Shown here in pieces: positions 1-6,323 of a DNA stretch of 64,000 bases. Each line of letters begins with the position of its first letter. Position 1 is the first letter of the stretch. The DNA comes from a virus (Duplodnaviria; Caudoviricetes): positions 1 to 64,000 of IMG/VR virus record IMGVR_UViG_3300033166_000001. The stretch is one strand, 5' to 3'. The notes beneath the pieces were generated by a model that did no database searches, had not been told where the DNA came from, and worked only from the letters and a program-made list of their open reading frames with translations. Position numbers and translations under genes: made by a program.

Positions 1-205
1 CTGAAAGTGGTTTAGCATTTTTAAACCCCGCTACACCCGCTCCAGCATATTCAGGATGATTAGGATGAGTGTTTTCATTATAAGTTACTTTGTAGGGGTA
101 TTCTGTATCACATTCAGTTATTTTAGCTAATACATGGCATTCTCTAGCATTAGCTTCATTATCATCCCAACATAACATTGGTTTATTTATAATTTCTATT
201 TTCAT
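1..205 (-). CDS. hypothetical protein, partial (runs off window start): MKIEIINKPMLCWDDNE...
   Basis: ATG at 205 preceded by ATTAACCTAAA and an A-rich leader; frame open to position 1; not in the supplied track. Confidence 0.6.
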   Translation of the reverse strand, partial: MKIEIINKPMLCWDDNEANARECHVLAKITECDTEYPYKVTYNENTHPNHPEYAGAGVAGFKNAKPLS

Positions 206-437
206 TGTAATATAGTTTAGGTTAATAATTGAGTTAAACTTTGCCTATAGTTGTAATAAGTAAAACTACCTAATCCATAGTGAGCACTATCTTCCCTATC
301 TTGCAAATAGAGTAGCCTTAATGGCTATGAGGTAGTTTTTGCATGTTGTTATAACTTGCTAGTTGTTGTTTAGGTTAATGAAAAAATGAAGGTTTATAGA
401 CACCAATTTACCATTACGCATTTTCCAGAATACAGTA

Positions 438-731
438 TTATCCTTCATAAGTTTGTGATTCTAATGAGTTTAATTCTGATTCGTTTTTAGCATCTAAATA
501 TTGTTGATATTTAAGACACTTCAATTCATCATTTAATTCTGAAATTGCATAATTCCATTCGAAATGATATTGATAATTATCTGATACATCTTCAATATCT
601 TCTGAAGATAATCTATTAGAATTTTTAAGAGTTTTTAATTCTTTTAATTCTTTTTCAATTTCTTCTATTCTCTCATCTATATCAGATGGGAAATAAGATT
701 GCATCTCATCGAAGTATTTTGGCTTTTCCAT
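438..731 (-). CDS. acidic coiled-coil hypothetical early protein
   Basis: 97-aa ORF with phage-like composition, same orientation as neighbours. Confidence 0.7.
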   Translation of the reverse strand: MEKPKYFDEMQSYFPSDIDERIEEIEKELKELKTLKNSNRLSSEDIEDVSDNYQYHFEWNYAISELNDELKCLKYQQYLDAKNESELNSLESQTYEG

Positions 732-733
732 TT

Positions 734-847
734 TTATAAGATTAGATTAATATGAGGATAAATAGTATCTTCAAAATTTTTGATAATACCTTTATCAACA
801 ATTTCTCCAGTATGTTTGTGTCTAATGGAATAATAGTATGCTTTCAT
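734..847 (-). CDS. small hypothetical protein (37 aa, MKAYYYSIRHKHTGEIVDKG...)
   Basis: manual translation; stop abuts the ATG of 438..731; ATTAACCTAA motif 25 nt upstream. Confidence 0.45.
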   Translation of the reverse strand: MKAYYYSIRHKHTGEIVDKGIIKNFEDTIYPHINLIL

Positions 848-948
848 CTTAGTAGGATTTATTAGTTAGTATTAGGTTAATCCACTCTGTATTTATCAGG
901 GCTTGTGACCTGCTATCTATTGATAGGCTACATTAGATTAAAAGAGTT

Positions 949-1149
949 TCATTTTGACAACTCTTTAAGAAAACTATCAAGTTCTCTTTTTAAGATTGTT
1001 GCTCTAGTTGTATGTATACGACAATTAGGCATACATTTATTTAAAATGTTTCTAATTTGTCCTATAGTTTTACAACCCATTGCTGTAGCACAATGGCAAA
1101 ATCTTACACTGAATCGTTGATTATTAATCAACATTGAATTTATTCTCAT
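949..1149 (-). CDS. hypothetical protein with CHC/GC motif
   Basis: 66-aa ORF followed by hairpin AAAGAGTT..AACTCTTT near its stop. Confidence 0.55.
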   Translation of the reverse strand: MRINSMLINNQRFSVRFCHCATAMGCKTIGQIRNILNKCMPNCRIHTTRATILKRELDSFLKELSK

Positions 1150-1990
1150 ATATGAAATGTATTAGATTATGCTATATTATTTGATGTGGAAAGTAATTGT
1201 AGTTTTGAAAATAGAGGGAATATGTGGGTATAGATGGTAGCAACCTCATCAATCTTCCCCATAAACTCCAATAAATCCTCAACTTCAGTAACATTACCTA
1301 GATAATCTAAATAAACTAGATAATGTTGTTCTATATATATAAAGGTATAGAGAAAAATGAACTAGTTACAGGCTAATAAAGCCTCTGAGATCCTAGTTCT
1401 CCTAATGACATTCCCTTTATCATTAGGCTCAGTGGGAATATTGTTACTATATATATAAAGGTATACATTATGTTAAATAGAAATAGTAACACTTAAACTA
1501 GTATAGGAAAATCTTTTGCTAGTAAAACCTATAGTGGTAGTATGAGTGTTACTATTATAAGGAGCCAATACCCTATTACCTCTTATAGGATCTGAGCATT
1601 ATTAAGATTAATAATACTAACAGGGTATCAGCTAAATATTGTGCCTATATATAAAGGTAAGAATAATTTATTATTCAGTAGTGAGCACCCTTCTACCTAT
1701 ATAGTAAGTTTATATTCTCTTTGTACTTCAGAGATTTAATACTTACCTCAAACATAGTTAATCCTCCAACTGTGGTGTGGCTATGCTTAATAAATTATTC
1801 TTGCCTATATATATATAAAGGTATAAATAATACCAAATAGTAATTATGCTTTTACTGTAGGTTAAGACCTGTTGGCAACATACTAAATGGTACTATATAT
1901 AAAGGTATAACACCACCAAAACCTCAACCCTTCTCTGCTAGTCTATATTGTTAATATCAGAGGTGATGATGGTGTTATATATACATCTTA
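1150..1990 (-). ncRNA. candidate array of structured non-coding RNAs between the repeats
   Basis: each inter-repeat unit has 7-15 bp stems; several internal mismatches are C.A on plus, i.e. G.U on minus; no credible long ORF. Confidence 0.55.
1331..1909 (-). repeat. five dispersed copies of CTATATAT(AT)AAAGGTA(TA) (minus strand TATACCTTTATATATATAG)
   Basis: copies at 1331-1349, 1447-1465, 1645-1659, 1804-1825, 1893-1909; degenerate copy at ~1987-2001; irregular spacing. Confidence 0.9.
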
Positions 1991-1996
1991 TATATA

Positions 1997-2019
1997 TAAA
2001 ACAAAAGAGCCCGAAGGCT
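1997..2019 (-). terminator. intrinsic terminator of 2026..2340
   Basis: minus strand AGCC-UUCG-GGCU followed by CUUUUGUUUU, just after the stop codon. Confidence 0.8.
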
Positions 2020-2025
2020 GTAGTA

Positions 2026-2340
2026 CTACTTCATAATGAAGAGCCCACAACCTTCAGGAAGATGAATATTCAACCCAGCCACAATAACCTTTTCCTTTCC
2101 CTCCTTATTGGTATACTGCTGAAGGGTAAGAGTGGCTTTGGCATTAGGTTTAAAGACCTGTGCATTCAGCACCCTACTATCATCGACACTGTAGGACTCA
2201 CCATTCATAGTGAACTGGCGAAAGTTACCATACTTTCCCGATATGGGTGCTGAAAGGGTACTGATGACTACATCTACACTTTCTGTAGTAGAAGAAGAAG
2301 AAGAAGAAGCACTTGGCTTCAATGATGTAAGTAATGACAT
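2026..2340 (-). CDS. small beta-rich (OB-fold-like?) protein with N-terminal poly-Ser, 104 aa
   Basis: likely start ATG 2340 (MSLLTSLKPSASSSSSSTTES) rather than the track start at 2511; followed by terminator; fold is a guess. Confidence 0.65.
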   Translation of the reverse strand: MSLLTSLKPSASSSSSSTTESVDVVISTLSAPISGKYGNFRQFTMNGESYSVDDSRVLNAQVFKPNAKATLTLQQYTNKEGKEKVIVAGLNIHLPEGCGLFIMK

Positions 2341-2833
2341 AATGAAAGGTGTTAGATTGGAACATAAAAAGAACTCTTGTGCTACAGGCACACTAACCTC
2401 TGCAACCAGTCTGATTCTGGTACGTCTATGAAGGTAATGTGTATCCAAGAGAGAAACTGTTGAAACCTTGGGTTGCGTAAGCATATCAGCCAAGGAAAAA
2501 CCTAGTAGCATAGGTTTTTATTGGAAAAACATTAGCAATATTGACCTTACGGACTATTAAGTGGTTACGGCTATTGCACGAATTACTCAATACTGCTAAT
2601 GATAATAGGGGCACCTATGTACCCCACGCAAAAATTAGTAGGGGTTTAATGTGGACTTGGAGAATGTAAACACCTGTAAATAAAAATTTTATGAAAAAAA
2701 ATTTAAAAAAAAAATATTTTATATTTATTACTCAGTATCATTTACTGTCAATGAACATTTACAGAATCTTAATCTCAACTTAATATAACCTAACTTTAGG
2801 ATTACTATCTTTATAGTTAAAATTTAAGCTATT

Positions 2834-3010
2834 ATGAAGCTATTACTACTATTAGGGATAATAATGATACTAATGCCCTACGATGCCCCAGATTTTATAA
2901 ATACGTCCAAGGAACCCTCTTTAAAGAACATAATGAATCAGGAAATTATAGATGGATTCTTTGAAGAAGATACTACAGGTATTTCTAATCAATATTATTT
3001 TATACCTTAG
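2834..3010 (+). CDS. small membrane-anchored/secreted protein (58 aa, MKLLLLLGIIMILMPYDAPDF...)
   Basis: manual translation; signal-peptide-like N terminus; A-rich leader. Confidence 0.5.
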   Translation: MKLLLLLGIIMILMPYDAPDFINTSKEPSLKNIMNQEIIDGFFEEDTTGISNQYYFIP

Positions 3011-3020
3011 AGTATAATAC

Positions 3021-3089
3021 TATGGGTATAATATGGATAAAATAAGGATATAGCCTTATAGTATATGGGTATAAGGATACAACCTTATA
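3021..3089. promoter_or_regulatory. two operator-like inverted repeats ATAAGG-N6-CCTTAT plus TATGGGTATA direct repeats
   Basis: IRs at 3042-3059 and 3071-3088; TATGGGTATA at 3021-3030 and 3064-3073. Confidence 0.55.
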
Positions 3090-3136
3090 TGCCTAAAATA
3101 TTTTAACACTATGTTCTTAAAATACCTACTATATTA

Positions 3137-3168
3137 TTTGGATTTGTCAAACTAAAGGTTTATATTTG
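3137..3168 (+). promoter_or_regulatory. Bacteroidota primary-sigma promoter
   Basis: TTTG(3137-40)-20 nt-TATATTTG(3161-68) matches the -33/-7 consensus. Confidence 0.75.
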
Positions 3169-3297
3169 CATTTGGGAATTACCCCCAAACTTCAATGTCC
3201 GTCTCTATAAAGAGTGAATAAGTAAAAGGAGCATTGTTGGATCAGGTAAGTTAATCTGTAAAAAGAAATGCTAAAACGGAGGTGACGTTTCTTTTTC

Positions 3298-3321
3298 AGG
3301 GAGGAATTCCCTTTTTTCTTT
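3298..3321 (+). terminator. intrinsic terminator
   Basis: AGGGA-GGAAT-TCCCT followed by T-run. Confidence 0.6.
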
Positions 3322-3478
3322 GAGGTTGACATCAATTGCCCAAAAAAACTGGAGGAGAAGGGGCATTAAAGGTGTGCTTTCATTGCACCAGATTACTCCT
3401 TATTCCCTTTATAATCAATATAAAAAATATATTCTTAATAAAGGATATTAAGTTTTTTGCAAGATATATTCATTTTTG

Positions 3479-3510
3479 TTTGTATATGTTATGTAGATTG
3501 CATATCTTTG
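3479..3510 (+). promoter_or_regulatory. Bacteroidota primary-sigma promoter
   Basis: TTTG-20 nt-TATCTTTG, 26 nt upstream of ATG 3537. Confidence 0.75.
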
Positions 3511-3536
3511 TATTAGTATTAATCTAAAACTTTAGT

Positions 3537-3731
3537 ATGGAAACACAGAGAGTAGATATTGATTTTGATATAGAGCCGTTAAAATGGGCAGGTATAGAAG
3601 CTGCTAAGCTGGGTATTAGCCGAAGAAGGTTTATAAAATTAGTTATAAAGAGGTTATCGGATATGATACAGCAAAGCCCTAACATAGCAGTAAAAGAAGT
3701 AATCAGACATATAAGCTCAACAACAACCTAA
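3537..3731 (+). CDS. ribbon-helix-helix (CopG/Arc-like) DNA-binding protein
   Basis: alternating strand QRVDIDFD, helix, GISRRRFIKLVI helix pattern. Confidence 0.55.
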   Translation: METQRVDIDFDIEPLKWAGIEAAKLGISRRRFIKLVIKRLSDMIQQSPNIAVKEVIRHISSTTT

Positions 3732-3754
3732 ATGTAGTTCAAATACTTAAAATT

Positions 3755-3946
3755 ATGAGCCAGAAAGAAGAGAGGGTTAAATTAGAAGGAATGTGTCAAA
3801 GATGTAAAGAAGTGTTTAACCAAACTTTTATGGATACATTTATATTTGGAGAGTCTCTATTAGTAATACATGATGAGTATAATATAAGAAGAGTAGATCC
3901 AATGAGCGATGAATTTATGAAACTAAAACAACAAGAAGATGTATAG
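3755..3946 (+). CDS. hypothetical protein
   Basis: 63-aa ORF in tightly packed operon. Confidence 0.6.
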   Translation: MSQKEERVKLEGMCQRCKEVFNQTFMDTFIFGESLLVIHDEYNIRRVDPMSDEFMKLKQQEDV

Positions 3947-3947
3947 T

Positions 3948-4082
3948 ATGTTACTATTTACAGTATTAGGTCTAATACTCTGGAATATTTCACAGAGTAT
4001 GAGGATAAGTAATTTAGAAAAGAGATATGATAGAGCTAATAGAGAGTTGTTTAATATTAATAAATATTTAATGAATAAATAA
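3948..4082 (+). CDS. small membrane protein (44 aa, MLLFTVLGLILWNISQ...)
   Basis: manual translation; fills the gap between neighbours with 1-nt spacers; N-terminal hydrophobic segment. Confidence 0.55.
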   Translation: MLLFTVLGLILWNISQSMRISNLEKRYDRANRELFNINKYLMNK

Positions 4083-4083
4083 G

Positions 4084-4353
4084 ATGAGACTACAACTAGA
4101 CACTAAAGAGAAAGTTATTAGATTAGAAGAATCTGTTAACTTAGCAGAGTTTTTTGAGAACATTAAGAAACTCCTACATGATGGTTCTTGGAGAGAGTAT
4201 AGATTAGAGACTAACTGTACTATAAACTGGACTACACCTATAATAGTTAAAGAATATCCTTACTGGCCTACCTATCCTTGGATTACTTATGGGCCTGATA
4301 CTCCTAACACAATTAATAGTACTACTGAATGTATATATAATATAGAAATATAG
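4084..4353 (+). CDS. hypothetical phage protein
   Basis: 89-aa ORF with Pro/Trp/Tyr-rich C terminus. Confidence 0.7.
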   Translation: MRLQLDTKEKVIRLEESVNLAEFFENIKKLLHDGSWREYRLETNCTINWTTPIIVKEYPYWPTYPWITYGPDTPNTINSTTECIYNIEI

Positions 4354-4509
4354 ATGGCTGTTACTAAGAAAAAGACTAAAACATATACCTCTTATATATT
4401 CTTGAGATTAGGTACCTGGTCTTGTAGTCATATATGGGATAGAAGGTACTCAACCTCTGAGTATGAGAAAATGGGGTTTAAAATAAAAATATATGATTTT
4501 GAAGACTAA
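4354..4509 (+). CDS. small hypothetical protein (51 aa, MAVTKKKTKTY...)
   Basis: manual translation; starts directly after the previous stop. Confidence 0.5.
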   Translation: MAVTKKKTKTYTSYIFLRLGTWSCSHIWDRRYSTSEYEKMGFKIKIYDFED

Positions 4510-4512
4510 AAA

Positions 4513-4544
4513 TTTGGAAGTTATAAAATAGTAACTTATCTTTG
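4513..4544 (+). promoter_or_regulatory. Bacteroidota primary-sigma promoter
   Basis: TTTG-20 nt-TATCTTTG upstream of ATG 4561. Confidence 0.75.
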
Positions 4545-4560
4545 CGTAATATTTGCTAAA

Positions 4561-6318
4561 ATGGAGAAAAGAAGATTAAGTTTAAATAGAACAGGGGGAG
4601 CTAAAAATTATAATAGTCCTTTTAAAGGAGGACCCTATAGTGCTCATCCTGTCCATTATAACATGATAGAGAACATACATCTAGATTTAGATGCTATGGA
4701 TAGTGAAATAGATAAGGCTTTAAATAGTACATCTACTAAAGTAAGACAGGTAGCACATAACTTTACAGTTTTACAGTCTATCTATTTTAATACAGATACT
4801 GGAAAATGGGTATTAGCTCAAGCAGATGATAAAGATACAATAGGTACTCATGTTGTAGTAGAGGTTATAGATAAAGATTGTTTTGTAGCGGGGTTATCAG
4901 GAACATTTGAAGTTAGAAATACTTTAGATTTAGGGTATTGGTTTACTTCAGATACTGTAGCAGGAGAGTTAGTAGATGCTGCTCCGGATATTAACAACCC
5001 TATGATACAGGTTATAGATAGTAATACCGTTAGGGTATTAGATATAGGTATTGTAGATAATTTAGATAGTATACCTGCTAGTAATGTTATAGTAACTAAC
5101 CCAGTAACTCCCGACTACACCGCCCCAGAAGTGGGCGATACGATGCAGGATATTACGAATAAGGTGGTGTGGCTAAGTACGATTAATAGCGATTACATTT
5201 GTCGGCATAACACGCTGAATCCCTCTACTCTTATGGATGGTGAGGGGAACATCAACGTTCTGAAATATATACTAGATTCATTTCAAGCAGCTGTGATTGA
5301 TGATCTGACGGGGGATGTGGTTTACTACTTATCAAAAGAAACGCCTACGCTCAAAGCTGATGGTATAACACCATCTGTATTAACTGGTGAGGATGGTAGC
5401 GTGATGATAATAAAACCAGAATTCTGGGTAAAAAGCTGGATGGAGGGAAGTGTTGAGTACACGGCGTTATCCTTAATTGAAAAGGAGGGTTACAGGAAAT
5501 CACCTAAATTTGCTTATGGAAAATATAAGGCTTATCTAGATGCAAACGGTAGGCTGGTGAGCCGATCAGGTGTTACATGCACAACGAATCGAAACCTTAC
5601 CGAATTTAGGGCAGATGCACGAAACGGCAGAAACCACCTGTGGAACGTGACCCCATACCATATGTACAACGATCTATTGATACTCTATAAAGCCGTTGTA
5701 CGTGATTTAAATTCGCAAACCGCTCTGGGCTATGTTAGTCGAGCGAATCAAACCGACTGGAATAATTACAATGGTTCCAACCCAGTTTGGACAACGGGCA
5801 TTATGAACGATAAGCCCACCCTATATATCGGCAGTAGAGAGGTGGTTGTGCCCAGCTTTGTAGGCGGAAGCGCCGATTTAGTAACCGAGGTGGTTTCGTT
5901 CCTGGGCATTGAGGATTTTTACGGACACATCTTCGAAATGCTAGATGGAGCTCTAATATATTACGATGCTGAGCTAAATGGAAGTATCTATTTTACTGAC
6001 AACCCAGTGTATTTTGTCGGTGATGGTGATGCTGGGGGAAACCCACCGGAAGGATTTACCTACCTAGGCTTTGCGCCAGCTGGTGGTTATATTGTTGATG
6101 TATACACAGGGCATTGTTTGCCCAGCCAAACGGGGGCTAGCTCAAGCACTCACTACTGCGATTACCATTACAAAAGCAGCTTAGCCGGCTGGCGTGTTGT
6201 GCGGGTGGGTGGCGCTTTGTACTTTGAGATGAGTGCCGGTTGCTTCTGTTCGCATTTCTCGCATTCCATGATCACTCGCACTATGAGTATCGGGGCCCGG
6301 CTCGGTATATATTTATAA
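4561..6318 (+). CDS. mosaic fibre/adhesin-like structural protein with C-terminal C-type-lectin-like (DGR-target type) domain
   Basis: AT-rich native N terminus; GC-rich from ~5105; ends YCDYHY..GWRVVRVGG..AG..SIGARL, the pattern of FGE/CLec DGR targets. Confidence 0.7.
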   Translation: MEKRRLSLNRTGGAKNYNSPFKGGPYSAHPVHYNMIENIHLDLDAMDSEIDKALNSTSTKVRQVAHNFTVLQSIYFNTDTGKWVLAQADDKDTIGTHVVVEVIDKDCFVAGLSGTFEVRNTLDLGYWFTSDTVAGELVDAAPDINNPMIQVIDSNTVRVLDIGIVDNLDSIPASNVIVTNPVTPDYTAPEVGDTMQDITNKVVWLSTINSDYICRHNTLNPSTLMDGEGNINVLKYILDSFQAAVIDDLTGDVVYYLSKETPTLKADGITPSVLTGEDGSVMIIKPEFWVKSWMEGSVEYTALSLIEKEGYRKSPKFAYGKYKAYLDANGRLVSRSGVTCTTNRNLTEFRADARNGRNHLWNVTPYHMYNDLLILYKAVVRDLNSQTALGYVSRANQTDWNNYNGSNPVWTTGIMNDKPTLYIGSREVVVPSFVGGSADLVTEVVSFLGIEDFYGHIFEMLDGALIYYDAELNGSIYFTDNPVYFVGDGDAGGNPPEGFTYLGFAPAGGYIVDVYTGHCLPSQTGASSSTHYCDYHYKSSLAGWRVVRVGGALYFEMSAGCFCSHFSHSMITRTMSIGARLGIYL

Positions 6319-6323
6319 AAATT

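Noticed and set aside
262-339. Canonical tRNA gene
   Set aside because: No GG D-loop, no TTC T-loop, no CCA; kept only as a tRNA-like finding. No canonical tRNA was seen in the window
278-1688. Shared 10-mer TAGTGAGCAC at 278 and 1679
   Set aside because: A single 10-nt match within ~2 kb is expected by chance
1331-1909. CRISPR array
   Set aside because: Repeat is short and AT-only with variable TA number, spacing is irregular (84-196 nt), spacers are self-structured, and there are no cas genes
905-3527. Track ORFs 905..1120, 1948..2253, 2210..2431 and 3336..3527 (+)
   Set aside because: Antisense to better genes or overlapping promoters and structured regions; composition not protein-like
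6240-6323. Track start of the 172-aa ORF at 6240
   Set aside because: It overlaps the variable-region-like end of the upstream gene; ATG 6324 with an A-rich leader is more plausible
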